From Lytechinus pictus (lineage: Eukaryota), in assembly GCF_037042905.1 (NCBI RefSeq), contig NC_087263.1, positions 13,890,001-13,954,000 on the forward strand: a stretch of DNA of 64,000 nt, read 5' to 3'. The position numbers and the translations under genes are program-made. The notes below the pieces were generated by a model. That model did not search any database and had not been told where the DNA came from. It was given only the letters and a program-made list of their open reading frames with translations. Below are positions 25,223 through 39,558 of this stretch, in pieces (position 1 is the first letter of the stretch; each line of letters begins with the position of its first letter).

Positions 25223-28200
25223 TCCATACACAGTACATCTCGCATGTCACTTGACAAATTGATTGACTATTCAACATCGTACGCCGTGAGTTGCTTATTA
25301 AGCGACGATCAGAAATATCGGTTTTGAACAATAGCGGATCGATTTTCTTCCATTCACGCGATACAAAAGAACATGAGCTAACTTGGGTTTGTGAGGGAGT
25401 TCCCCAAACTTCGTGTAGGTATATTTCACAAGAAGAAGATGAAGAAAGAAAAGAAGAAGATTGACTAATGTGTTCAAAACAGCCTGGTAAGATGCTTACT
25501 GTATCGGAAGCGACGGTTAGAAATATCTGTTTCCGAACTTAAACTATAGCGGATCGATTTTCTTTTGTTCTCACGAGATCTGGGTTTGTGAGTTCCCCTA
25601 AAATATTTCACAATAACAGTTTATAGCCCGCCTAAAACATTGGCATATGATGTTATCATCTGACAAAAGTATGTATAAGTTACCATGCCGTTGAATATTT
25701 TTTTTCAAACTTCGATTCTTTTTTTAAATTAAGCATTCTTTATCTAAAATTTAGCGCCCCCTCCGTATAAAATGTTTTTATTGTTCTTTAAAAATGACGA
25801 TTTGAGCACATACATTGTAAATTAAATTAAGTGCTTTGAAATATCAGAAGTCGACAAAGATTATTAAACTTCTTATACAGTATCAACTATCAATACTTAA
25901 TCACATCATTTTTTTTTATCACGCATTATCAAATGCTTTCAAACGTAAATATTGAGTTTCAAGAAATCGAACATACCTGTTTCATACCCGATCAGTTTCT
26001 TGAGTAATTAGACTATAAAATCTGTACAGGTTATTTATATGTTATTGATTGTATTTTGAAAATGAAAAAGGGTCATTAAAAAAAAACCCATCGAATTTCA
26101 ATCATGGATATGATCTAACCTTATCCTTCTCATTGTGAGTCTAAAAAATATTGACTCTTATGTTGAATTGAAACTAATGGCGTAATGCGCCAAAGGTTTT
26201 GAGAGGGCAAGGTATTGCGTATTGCGTAAAATTCTTTTTTTTGGGGGGGGGGGTGGGGGTGAATATTGTGATACATTTTGGCATGATATTCAGAATATAC
26301 CCTATTTCACCCTTCTCTCTTTCCTATTTTTCTTGGTCCTGAAAATTTGTAGGGGGGGGGCTATAGCACTCCCTCCCCATCGATACGCCACTGATTGAAA
26401 CGAACCTTTAACTGATTTTCTTGGCGTGTATATAACGATGACTATAAATAAAAATTTTAAAAAATGATTACAATTCGAAACCTGCACATGTATACTACCA
26501 TTACATCGAGAAAAAAAATAGGTTGTGGAAACTTTGCTTTGAAAATAAAAACATAAAAACTGCATTTTCCCTTGTTTTCGTATAATAACTTTTCCAAGAT
26601 GCATATACCTACCAGCTAGTATTCAATCTTACATCTTTAATTGTCACTTTCATTGCCAATGACAACCACAGCTATAATGAGCTTGAAATGAATAATATTC
26701 GTAGGGTGTTTTTTGTTTTTTTACAGGGGCCTGATATAAACGAAATATGGTACGTACGTCAAGCCTGAACAACATATTGAGTAACTCATTATATTCTGAA
26801 TTCGGTGTAATATGCATGAATTAATATTCCACGCGTAATAGCTGTAATCATTTGCACATGATTGTAATGCAGGTCATACGTACAAGAGTTGATTTAGTTG
26901 ACGCATGGAGCTCTGTAATAGATTCATCGTTGACGTCTTGATATATTTTTAGGCCTAGTTGAAGAATTTCGATGTTTTTTTTTATGAATGACTCCGATTA
27001 ATTTCTGACTGTCAATCCATTCTAAAAGAGTAATATCCCTGGCCCTGACGGGATACAATAAATATTTATCGCATCTTTAATCCTTAAATTTTGTTTGTCT
27101 AGATCCTTTCGCTGTTCATGAAACATAATTCAGCATAGGCCTACACACAAATAAAATGAATTATACGCCTTTAACTAGTTTGGGTGCTGATTTTTTTTTC
27201 TGTGAATTTCCCAAAAGAGGCTTAAAGTATTATGCCAAAGTAATAATTACCAATCCATGGTTACCCATTGAAAGTGATTTTAATTTTGAATGCCCCTCCC
27301 CTATCAGATATGGCCGGCGTCATTGCTCTCAAGTCGGATGGGATCTATACACATAAAGGTTTGGGAACATGCATGTTTGTTGGGTAAAAAGATACCAAAT
27401 ATTTTACGCAATGTTGCGCTGAAATTTACTCTTCAAACATGCATTTTGCCCAATATTGAGGGTAAAATTACCCTGAGCAAACATGCATGTAATTCCCTTT
27501 CACCCAATATATTGGGTAAATTTTTGCTCTCTGACGGTTCTTAGAGTGTATATTCCCTGAACAGAATGAATAGGGATTATCGAGTAGAGTGCATCGATGC
27601 AACATAGCGGCAACGCCTAAACGCTAAAGCGAACAGCCAACAACAGAACTGCCACAGACAGGCCTATACTAGCTGCCCCGTCCTCAAATCCTGAAAGTCA
27701 CCTTCTCAGGTTATTTATTATGTCGTCCTAAATGAGCTCAATTCACTGTGTACAAACCGTACAAAATTAAGTGGAAGAACATACGTGAGTGTGTTTTTAT
27801 TTTTTAATGAATTTCAAGTAGATCTATGAAACATTTTGCCAAATTCGTCTTGTTCATTTTCCTAACAATCACTTGCGCAGGCTGACGTCCACACCTACAG
27901 ACCTTCGTATAGCGCCGAACGTCGGTTTTTTTTTCTTCGAATATCCTCGACTACAGTTCATCTTCCTTCCATTTAGAAGCCCTCTTATTTTGCCTTATGG
28001 ATGTAATATCCTATACATGAATCATCGACAACACAGCGTTTTTCCCGTTTCCCTGAAGTGAAAAGGGACATTTAAACCATACAGACCTTTACATTCGAAT
28101 TACAGTCGAATTGAGTCATTCTCACAATGTACAACAGATCCGACGGTATTCATTTTCATTCACAAACGTATCTCTTTTCGAATAATATAGGCCCGCTGAG

Positions 28201-30560
28201 CTGAGCAGAACATATAAATGTATGTTGCCCTCAACTCAAGCGTTTATAGGATTCAAGTCAATTCAATAACATTTATTTTCAAAGGCTAAGCAACATTCAC
28301 ACTAATAATTTAGGACATTGCAAAGTTACAATGAAATGGAGCTGACAACTCTGCTGACAGCACAGCTTGTACGAGTGCATCAGATCACATCATCTTATGC
28401 CATTCAAAGCTTCAAAAATGACCGAAGACAAGTTGGCCTACACAGTCATAGACCTACAATCGCCAAACTAATAATTATAAGCGACGACAACGACACATTA
28501 TTAACAAAATACAACTTGATCACTAAGTTGCACTATTACAAAAATAATATGCATAAATCGTGTCAGCAAATTCTTCAGTAAATATTAATCAACATCGGCA
28601 ATGGCAAATACATTGGAAAAGGTTCTTACCCACGGGAGAATATTTGGAGAAAACCTTTTACCAAGTAACGTCAAATCTAGGTGAGTTTGTTTTCAGAAGT
28701 CCTGTTCCGATCGTCGTTCATCGCTGTATGAGAAACCAACAACAAGCTATTCAGATGATCATACGATGATGTGACAACACAATCGGGCGAGCCTCTGCCG
28801 AGCCCCCAAAATTGACCAATCACCGAGCAGTATTTCGGAGGTGTGTCCGCTAAATAATGTGCTCGAGTCGAGTGCACTCGAACTGCTGTTGTGACGACAT
28901 GTACCACCCGTTGATAAGATTATAGGGTGAAAAGTTCAGACCCTTTTTCTATTTGGTGCGAAATTAATTGCAGTTTTGCTTCAAAGTCATCCCCAATAAC
29001 TGTGAATTTGAAAAAAGTATAATTCTTAAGGTAAAATTGATGAAATGCGATGTAGATACATGCAGTTATATTCGTGGGTAAATAACAAGTATACTAACCA
29101 AATTTGTTTGTAAGTTCCAAGTTTGTAAGACAGTGTAGACAAAGTCTGAATAATAAAGGCTACAATTTTGTTAGCGTGCCAGGATATAATCCGATTTGAA
29201 GGACTGACATTTGCTGGGTCCGGCCAATTCAACATCTGTGACAATTATTTTGCTTGCCATTAAAAAAAACTCCACAGAAACAACCCGTTCTGCATAGGTT
29301 CACACTGTTTATATAGATTTTTCTCCGTCAGCACACATTAATTTGTGTGTGGGTATGTGTGTGTGGGTGGTGGTGGAATATACATGAAATCACACCAGTC
29401 GTACAGGTATATGCAGGTTGATTTAATTGGGTCCGCAGGAACGAGAATGTATTATCGATTGGTCGCATGTCCGTACATCACAGACGGTTTTTTCGGAAGG
29501 GGGAGACGAAAAAAAATTGAAGAAACTCAAAAGAGAGGGAATGAAGCGACGTTCGGGCTTGATTGTCAAAGGGCACTTTTGCATTAATTTTCTATTAAAT
29601 AGAAATTGAAGGATTTCGTGCACACTTTTGTGAATTTGTAGAAAGTACACAGTCAGTAAACAGTCAGTACACAGTCGTAGGCCTAAGTCTTCAAAATTTC
29701 TGAGAGCAACTGCCCCTGGCCCCCGCTGCTTACAGCCATGGATGATAAGACTCAACTCCTTTCACCCCCCCCCTTCAGTCTGTCTGTCTCTCCCTCCCCC
29801 TCTCTCTCTCTCTCTACTCTTCTTCTTCTTCTTTCTTCTTCTTCTTCTTCTTCTTCTTCTTCTTCTCTTCCTCCTTCTTCTTCTTTCTCACTATACATCA
29901 TTTTCTTTTTTTGTCGGGTTAAAAAAGGCAAAATAGTTTTTGTTTTTTTAAATGGCGTTAAAATTGACGTAATCATGGTACTAAATAGGAATAGGTGTGC
30001 ACGTCGAATTAAATGGATTGCTTTTTTCCACATCCTGGTCATGATACAGCATTGTGTTGATAATAAAACGCGTCACTGTCCTTACAAACACACAAAAATA
30101 TTGCACCGTCACCGGATTTCTAGTATCATTTCTTGCTAAAAGAAAATCAAATTCACTGTGGAAACTTATAAGGCCTTTATCTATGACGGTGATGTTTTTT
30201 TTCCTAACAGATGAAAATAAAAAGAAACAATGAAAGAAATGAAGAACAGACTGTATACATAGTGTAGTAGGTTTCACGGTACACCATGTATCTTTCTTGG
30301 GCATATGTTGGTCCTGAAAAGGACCAACATACATACAACATACAAGGACCAAACATACAAGGACCAAAGATACATGGTGAACCGTGAAACCTACTACACT
30401 ATTCTTCTTCGCCATGGAAACCTTCAGAAGTTAGACTGTATACAAAATACAAATCAGAGGATAGGCCAAGCAGGGAAGTGTTATAACACTTCCCTGGGCC
30501 AAGTCAGCAATGTTGATACAACATTACTGATCTGCCTCGGGGTCCATAATGACATTATAG

Positions 30561-30611
30561 TGATGATGGTGATGATTATGAGGATGATGATGGTGATGGT
30601 GATGTTGATGG

Positions 30612-30656
<45 letters not shown>

Positions 30657-30850
30657 GGGTGCCATGACGATGATGATGATCGTAGTGACGGTGATAGATG
30701 ATTATGACGAAATGTGGTGGTGGTGGTGATGATGATGATGATGATGATAATGATAATGATAATGATGATCGTAGTGACGGTGATAGATGATTATGACGAA
30801 ATGTTGTGGTGATGATGATGATGATGATGACGATGACAACTACGATAATG
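30561..30850. repeat. (GAT)n microsatellite with an internal ~90-bp duplication
   Basis: Seen directly; cgtagtgacggtgatagatgattatgacgaaatgt occurs twice. Confidence 0.9.
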
Positions 30851-31268
30851 ATAGAGTACTTGTAAACAGGTCCAATGGCACCAAAATATCTGTTAAAGAT
30901 CTTTTTTAAGTGAACGTGTATATTTTTACAATTTTTTTTGCAAAAACAAAGCCAGCGGAACGCAAAACAATGTTAATATATATTCGAAGAGACAATTCTT
31001 CAATATATTAAGTGCAAAACGTTTTTATGTGCTAAGTAGAATGAGAAAAAAGAAGATACTTTGTATCTGACATGAGAGAACAGAACGAACAAGGAATATC
31101 AGGTTAGCTCGCAAAAATGGGGGGGGGTGGTCTCTTTTTCGGGGAAGGGGTAAAGCAAGCGTTAATGTTATATTGTGTCAACCTATACTTCAAGTTGGGA
31201 AGAAAATTGTTCCGAAATTTTGCGACAGAGTCCATCGATCTCCAACCATGTATACAAGGGGAAACTTA

Positions 31269-31666
31269 AGGCCACCGCACACCTTACGACTGTTCGCGAT
31301 CCGATTTCGGAACAAATCGCATTTTGCTCATTTTCTTAAAATGTGAATGGAACATATCATTTTATTTGAGGTTAAAATTAATTGAAAGAATACTAATATA
31401 ACCATTTTGAAAGACTGCAAGCCTTTATTTTGGAGGGAAGGCCAAATAAGTTTCAAATCGTAGCCAATCGTACGACTGCTATGACGTCATTACGACTAGA
31501 TATTAAATTCGCTTTTATTCTAATAAGGATGAGAGCATAGTCACAGATTTGAACATGGGAATTCGTACGATGATTTAGAACATTACACAGTAAGATAATC
31601 TAAGTCTCAATCTACTTTTCATTCTGAAATCGGGTCGCAGACCAATCGTAAGGTGTGCGGTCGCCT
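31269..31666. mobile_element. PIF/Harbinger-like MITE
   Basis: TIR aggccaccgcacaccttacga / tcgtaaggtgtgcggtcgcct with TTA on both flanks. Confidence 0.8.
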
Positions 31667-31670
31667 TTAA

Positions 31671-32854
31671 GCCCCTTTCACAATTGACGTACGACCATTT
31701 GCGACCTTTTGGTCGTGCGACAGGCTGCAACAGGCATCAATCGCTAGTCATCTCATAAGATCGCACAGAGGCTTTCACAGTTGCAACAGCTGTCGTACAA
31801 CAAAAACAACCAGTAAACATCGTTGCACGAGTAAGTCGCATATGCTCTTATTGTGCTCGTGCGATCACATGCGAGTGTTGCACGAGGGATTGCGAGCGGA
31901 ACGGTCGCATACATGCGAATGAAACGGTAGTGCAATGTTGTAAGCCGTTGCGATCGGTCTTGCAACAGTCTTATGGCCCATATTTTTATCGCAACCAGTC
32001 GCAAGACAGGTCTCTGTACATGTAGGTCGCTTGCACATGTGCAAGTGTTGCACGACCTCCAGTCAAGTAAATGCGACTACTTAGTTGTACCACCTCTCGC
32101 ACCAAGTCGTACAACGTTGAACAACACTCGCACGATGATCGCCCGACCGATGGTACGACCCCGGGTACGGCCTGATGCGAGTGAATCGATCGTATTTGAT
32201 CGCGTTCGGATTTTGAACATGTTCAAAGTTCAGATGTGACCAGTCACGACCACCTCGAGTTCGTGCGACCGTCTACAACGACTGCGAGTGCTCGCAAGAC
32301 ACCAAGAGATCGATCGTGCAACAACAAGAAAAAACTGTTGCAGGCGGTCGTAAACTGGTCGGACGTCAATTGTGAAAGGGGCTGAACGGTCGCATACATC
32401 CGAATGCAACGGTAGTGGAATGTAGTAAGCCGTAATTTCGATCGGTCTTGCAACAGTCTCATATTATCGCACCCAGTCGCAAGACTGGTTTCTGTAGGTC
32501 TCCAGCACATGTGCAAGTGTTGTACGACCTCCAGTCGACTAAATGCGACTATACTTAGTTGTGACACCTCTCGCACCAAGTCGTACAACGTTGAACAACA
32601 CTCACACGATGATCGCCCGACCGATGGTACGACATGTTGCGAGTGAACCAATCGTATTTGATCGCGTTTGGATTTTGAACATGTTCAAAGTTCAGATGCG
32701 ACCAGTCACGATCACCTCCGACCACCTCGAGTTTGTGCGATCGTCTACAACGACTGCGAGTGCTCGCAAGACACCAAGGGATCGATCGTGCAACAACAAG
32801 AAAAAACTGTTGCAGGTGGTCGTAAACAGGTCGTACGTCAATTGTGAAAGGGGC
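31671..32854. mobile_element. Harbinger-like non-autonomous element with a duplicated right half
   Basis: TIR gcccctttcacaattgacgtacgacc / ggtcgtacgtcaattgtgaaaggggc with TTAA on both flanks; block 31899-32383 is repeated at 32384-32855. Confidence 0.85.
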
Positions 32855-35320
32855 TTAAAGTAACTAACGATTAGACTAAGATCGAAAGTTTGAAACACAT
32901 GTATTCTTGCACTATATACCTCTGCGTGCAATGAACTTTTATTGTACCAGTACTCGCATGAATAAGTTATCATTTCCTTCCGTTTTTCTTTTATACTGGT
33001 ATTTCATATATCATATCTTAAAAACATTAATGGGCAGAGAGCATTTCTTAAAAGAGTCCTCAATTCCTAAAATATAACAAAGGTGTTGTTTTCATGAAAT
33101 TATCGGCCACTCTAATCAGACAAATTATATAGGGGTAAAATAAAAGTAAAGTGGAGGTGGTCCACCCCAACAACAGGGGAAAAATTATCTAAATAAATAT
33201 TTAAAAAATCAGACATGTTTAAAAATGAAAATCTCATCAAGAGCGAATGTTAAATGAAAGAGTTCAAAGTTTCGTTTAATTCCACACAACAATAGTCTGC
33301 AGCAAATGAGGAAACCGATGACTCACCCACTATTTATTTTGTATTAGATTATAACGATATGACATAGTTCAATGTTCTCCTTACTAATTATGATATTGTG
33401 AAACAAGGGTTAGATTTTTCCCTGAACACGGGGTATTGTCATTGCTATAACCTATTGTGATTTTGATGAGTATGCTAAAGGAAAATACGAAATCCGACGG
33501 TCACCCGAATTTGACTTCTTTCAGACTTTGATGTTCATGAAAAGCCAGATCCCAGTTTCAATCCTATTCATACAGTTATTCTAAGAATGTAATGCTTTCA
33601 CATAATTGTATCGGATTTAAATTTAGGAATTGAAATAGCTAAGATAAATGCCAATAGATTGTATCTCCTGTGGCATTATAAAATAGCAAGAACTGATTTC
33701 GATTTAAAAAAAAAACTTTTAGACATTATGGTGACTGCAAAGCCACGCTCCCAGATGCAATTTTATTCATGGTATTTCCAGGAATAATGATTTTTCATTT
33801 TATCGTTTTTTTTTTCTCTCTCTCTCTCGTTGCAAATGTAACTGCCAAGACGACTGTGGAATTACTTATTCAGACACGACATGTCTTATCTTATTTGAAC
33901 AATGTTTGTTGATTGTAGGAATGCAAATAGCTATAGATATGCCAATTGTGTCTACTGTTACGTAATAAAGTGATATGACTTGAATTTGATTAAAAGGAAC
34001 CGGTCAAGGGATTTTAGCATTGCAAACGGAAGTGATGATTGTCCTTCCAATCAAGCCGGGTCACAGTGCACCGGGGGGGGGGGGGCTTTTTCGAATTATA
34101 ACATGAGAGGCGCTGCCTACCTATGTGCCACACCAACCCCGGGGCACCTACGCACCAAAAATCGAAAATAGGAGGTAAGGCTCTGGAACTAAACTATGAT
34201 CTTCATATGGGGGTCTCAGGATCTGCTCTGGATCAACGATTGCTAGAAATGCAATGCTCTGGAAAGGCACAAATTCTATATGTTTCGGAGCTTTGCATGA
34301 ATTGGTCATGACGTTTCTGCGCGATGAACCAATCAGCGGTCTCCGAATCGCTTTCTAAATAAATTGGTGATGCTCGGCACAATTAGAAAATCACAAAAGT
34401 GAAAAAATAAAGTTGTCCAAACAAGATTTATTTTATTACCAATCCAGGTGACATACGTTTAAGTTTAAATTTCTAAAATATGAGCACGTGATGTTACTTC
34501 GTTATCATTGTGTGATTATTTCTTTCACAGGATGTAAATTTCCCTATGTAACATACGTTACCGCTATCATTCAAGTTCAAATGCTTTTAAATTAGTGACT
34601 GCAGCCTATAATTGAAAAATCATAATGCGTCATAAGTGCAGTAAACCATCGACTGCCATGTTTGTAAATGTTGCCTCCAGATAAAACAGGTGACAAAATT
34701 ATTGACCTATATGAGGTAAAAAGCAAAGCGAGTCATATCTTACACAAATATACTTCATTTTGTGTTCTCTTGATATTAGATATCTGATTGTACCACTGAA
34801 AATATTTTCATCATTTATGAGTTCCAACTTGCCAGACGAATCTCAAGCTACCATCAAGGGCGCAAGTGATGTGCTTAAAGTTTTATTCAGTAGTTTCTCT
34901 GTAACGTAAGTTACACGTTAAGTAACGTAAGTTACATGGATAATTAAGATTAGATATAAAATATTTTTGGTACATATTCTTACATCAAATTGTCGTCAAC
35001 CGTAAATGAGCATAATATAACATCATTATTCAATGATTTGGTGATAGAATTCTTATAAACTACACTTTCATAATTTGAAAGACCATAAGACTTTCTGACA
35101 TGTCAATATCCCGGGATTTATCCATTCTGCAAAAGAAAAAATAAGCATAACTTTGAGATTTTAAGGAAATTTCTGTTTCAAAATAAGATTAAGAAAATTA
35201 GTAAATAAGTTATTTCGTTACATAAAATAATGAAAATATCATTTGTACTTTTGATTTTAATGAGAGGTGGGTAACGTAGATTTTACTTTAATCTCACCAC
35301 CACAAAAGTATAGGGCAGTA

Positions 35321-36602
35321 CAGTGCGTACGGGACAGCTTTGAAAAGTCTATAAAAATATGTTTCAAATTATGATATTTTGATGCTCTGAAATCTTATCT
35401 TTGAAATGCCATAAAAAAAAATTGTTCATTTTTGAGCGAACACGGGACGTTTTTGTCTGGGGTCAAAAAGAGGCTTGCGCCAAAATGGCAGAAATGCGGA
35501 ATTTGATGATCAGACTTCTTGCTAATCAGCAGAGTGACGTCCTCTTAACCTTTAATTATCTTTACCACGATTTTCGAATTATGCTGTCAAATTTCATTTA
35601 CAAATTTATCTATTTACTCGAATTATTTTGTTTTTTTCATTGACACTTCTTTTACCTTTGAATTTTCCTTCATAAGTAAGAAAAATAAGAATTTTTGTCA
35701 ACCCAAGCAAAAATATTTGCATTATTAATTGGGAAAAATTGTAATTTTTCAAATCCTTTTACTATGTGAAACGAATTTGATTCCTTGGTCAAGTTTAATT
35801 ATGTGCTTGACAGGACAAACAGGAAAGGATTCATGTCTTCCTGTGGCAATGGTGTATTGAGTCAATTTTTAAGGAGCTAGATATGGCAGATCGGATAAAA
35901 TGTATTTAAATGTTGTGAGCGAGCGAAGCAAGCAAGCAAAAATTTCCACTTTTTTATTAAAATATCAAATTTTGTGATAGATTTTGACATAATATTCAGA
36001 AAATAAATCATATTTCACTTTCTATCTTTCCTTTTATCTCCTTTCCACTTTTTTTTATTATTGAAGGGGGGAGCACCCCCGAGCCCCCGCCCATCTGCAT
36101 GCCACTGTTCAAAGGCACCATAACTTTTGTATTAGCCTACACAATGAAAGGATTTTAAAAAAAACACGCTCTCCCATACTCCAAACTTCGGTTGAAAATT
36201 TTTTGTTTTTGCTTAATTCAAAGCTAAAAGAGAACATATCAAAAAGTAACAGCAACAGAACAATTCAAGCAAATAAACAGATTTGAAAATGAATTTTGAC
36301 CGCATAATTCGAAAATTATTGCGAAGATAATGAAAAGGTTGAGAGGAAGTCTGCTGATTAGCAAGAAGTCCGATCATCATATTTATCATTAATGTCATTT
36401 TGGAACAAGTCTAGCTCCTTTTTAGCCCCAGACAAAAACGTTCCGTGTTCGCTCAAGCATGAACGAAACTATTTTTTTAATGGCATTTGACAGATAGGAC
36501 TTCAGAGCACCTATTAACAATAGAATATAGACATCATAATTTGAAACAATTTTTTTTTTATAGACTTTCAAATCTGTCCCGTTTTTTTTTTAATACTCAC
36601 TG
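35321..36602. mobile_element. Tc1/mariner-like MITE with ~330-bp TIRs
   Basis: Starts TA|CAGTG and ends cactg; 35330-35660 is the diverged reverse complement of 36215-36580. Confidence 0.75.
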
Positions 36603-37659
36603 TTTGCCTATTATCTATAGACCTAAAAAGCTAGAGCTGCTAACTACGAATGCCTCATATGTCGCCCTCTAGAGTTCAATGCAACTTATTTTTCGACTAG
36701 CAGAAGACAAGTGGACAGTCGCGTGCAAGTAATTGAAAGATTATTTCTTGCGAATTGCGATTTCTCAGGTATGTTGACTTGACTTAGACTCCACATGTAT
36801 TACATAATTGGATGAATAAGGAAGAAGGGAATAGTATGTGAATCTAATTATGTATTGATGAGATTAGTTGAGATGAGATGGAATGAACGTTGATGCAGTG
36901 TTCGATTGATGGGGCATGCCCCACATACTCATATTTGCGTTTGTCATTGAACAATGCGAGTGGCTGTAATAACAAAATGTATTCAGACAGTAAGATTTAG
37001 TCCAAGCCAGGGCTTCGCTAAAAAGCATCGAGCTGTTTAATCTACCATGTCTTTCATAAGTGCATCAGGGGGGGGGGGGGAGGCTGCCCTTCGCTTCACC
37101 CTTCCCCCTGCATGGGCATGGTTGCAGAAGTGGGAAAAACGAGGAAAAAAGAGAAGAAAGAAAAATTTAATTTGGTCTAGTACTAGTACTAGTACTCACC
37201 TATGGGCACTCCTAGTACCAATGAGGTCCAAACATTAACATGTATGGACCTCATAGGCGACATTACCCAAATTATGGGTTGGACAATGCTGTTCTGATTT
37301 CCAACCCAAGACTTTGGTAAATGTACACCTTAATACAAGTTAGAGTAATTATCCGATATACCTTTCATTCGGACGGCAAACCTTTATTTAGTTGTAAAAA
37401 TAGTTGAAATTAAAATCGATTATTGTTAAACTTACATTTCAGGCCCTTTTTGTTGATTTTCGGTGAGCGTTCCACACAGCTGCGACGAGTGATCAACTCC
37501 GAAGTGATACGCGTACTGGTCAGCTGATCGGTCAGGTGATCGGTTGGTTATCTTTTTGTCAGACGTTCATAATTTATGTTAAGCGTATCAATCTTCAGTA
37601 TCTTGATTTCAAAGCATCAGTATTGCAGAGAAAAGTCATTATTGATTGGAATCAGTGGC

Positions 37660-37690
<31 letters not shown>

Positions 37691-38057
37691 GGGGTAAGCA
37701 TTTCTGCCCGTTCCCCCTTTTGAGATTTATAGTAAACATTTTGGAATTAAATATTTTGTTAATACTAGTTATGTGCCCCCCTCCCTTATGAGAATCACAG
37801 CATTATTTGTAATGGGGATATTTCGTTCATATTCTTTTCTCTTTTTTGCCTTTTTTTTGCTTGTCAAATTTTACTGGGAACAAATTAACAATATGACTTT
37901 CTATACATCACTTTTAGGGACAAACTTTTTATGGGGGTGGGGGCTTGCCAAATATAACGGTGGAAAAAGTGACCTTCTTTTTTAGTGACAACTTTATAAA
38001 AAAATTGTCAAATTTTACGCGAGAGAAAATGACCTTCGATCATTGCTATAGTTAAAA

Positions 38058-38093
<36 letters not shown>

Positions 38094-39439
38094 GGGGGGG
38101 GGGTTGCCAAATATCACATGGACAAAATGACTTTCCCTTTTCTTATTTTTGTGGGGGGGGGGGGGCTTGCCGAATATTACGCGGACAAAATGACTTTCAT
38201 TTTGAGTGACCATTTTTTGTTTAACTTGTCAAACTTTACGAGAGACAATATAATGACCGGTTTTTTTTTTTTTAGTAAGAACCTTTTTTGGGAGTTGTCA
38301 AATTTTACTTGAGAAAATTCACCCCGCCCCCCCCCCCTACTTAATTTAGAAAATCTTGGATGCGCCTCTATATAGTTTGAATCATAATGAAGATTAAGAT
38401 CATGCGTATATATAGCTTACATCCACGGCAGAGGCGTAAACCGCCGGGGGCATGCAGGCTGGCCCTTGATCCCCGGTCCAGTGGATTTCACCAAAAAAAA
38501 AACGTGATAAGAGAAAAGGAATGAAGGAAGGAAAAGAAAGAAAGAAAGAAAGACAGAAAGAGAAAGGGAAGAGAAATAAAAGGCCATAAAAAAGCAAAAG
38601 GAAAGAAAAATGCATGCGAGAATAATTCCGAATGTTATGTCAAAATCTATTGCAAAATTGATATTTGTAATAAAAGTGACAAAGGTTTTGCTCGCTCGCC
38701 TCTTCATCTGGTAGGCGCGTAGCTAGGGGCGGTGCCCCCCGAAAAGGTCCCTCCCCCCCAAAAAAAATGAGGGAATAGAGAAAATAAAAAGCGAAATGAG
38801 AAAAGGGGGATGTATATAACTTAGTTTATAATTGTTTTTCCTTTTTTGGGGGGGAAGGGGTCAAAACATTAACGTTATGTTTTTCTATAAATAGGTCTAA
38901 TTGCTAAATATCCAGAGTTATCGAGACCCACCTGCTGATATTGCACTGGGGGTACACGATGGAAGGGTTAGGCCTAGGGGCCCCCGAAAGTTCTACAACC
39001 AAGATAAAAAAGAAATGAAGGGAATTAATGAAAAGAAAAGGAAAAGTGTAAGTTAAGATATCTATCTCAAATTTAGATTTGCACGAAAAGTTTTTTTCTG
39101 GCTTGCTTCACTCGCTTGGAACATATAAAGCAACTTTATTCCCACGCGCCATGTATGCCTACATTGGCCCTCTTTCTTTCTTTTATTTTATTTTTTTTTT
39201 ACTCATCACGCTACCGTACTGCCACACACGGGTTTGCCCTAATGATCGTGGACAATCATAAAAAAATATCATTTTCATACCATGTGACTGGGAAATTTTT
39301 GGCTCCACCCCCCCCTCTCGATCCCTGTATCGATTTTGACTTGATAGGGGCCTATACCTGATGGAATTAGCTTCATTCAATATAAAATCATAACGGATAG
39401 AACGCCTTGAATACAGGCCAAACAGCCTAACGACATTGC

Positions 39440-39558
39440 CGTGTCACGTGACAACCAGTATTAAACGAGAATGTGCACAACCCTATGGCGACAAAATTTG
39501 CCGCAAAAGTTGAGCAAGTTCTGGACAAAAAGGCTTCAATACCCCAAGAAAAGACCAG
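39440..39558 (+). promoter_or_regulatory. Candidate SSBP1 promoter and non-coding exon 1
   Basis: Perfect 12-bp palindrome TGTCACGTGACA (USF/TFE-type E-box) at 39442-39453, a YY1-like atggcg at ~39485, and a putative donor CAG|GCGAGT at 39558/9. Confidence 0.5.

Noticed and set aside
29738..30667. Poly-Ser/Glu/Met ORFs (also poly-His/Ile at 39609..39995 and 56723..57046)
   Set aside because: They are trinucleotide microsatellite translations.
31753..32973. ORF cluster as a transposase
   Set aside because: The ORFs are short, lack DDE or other recognisable motifs, and lie in a duplicated non-autonomous element.
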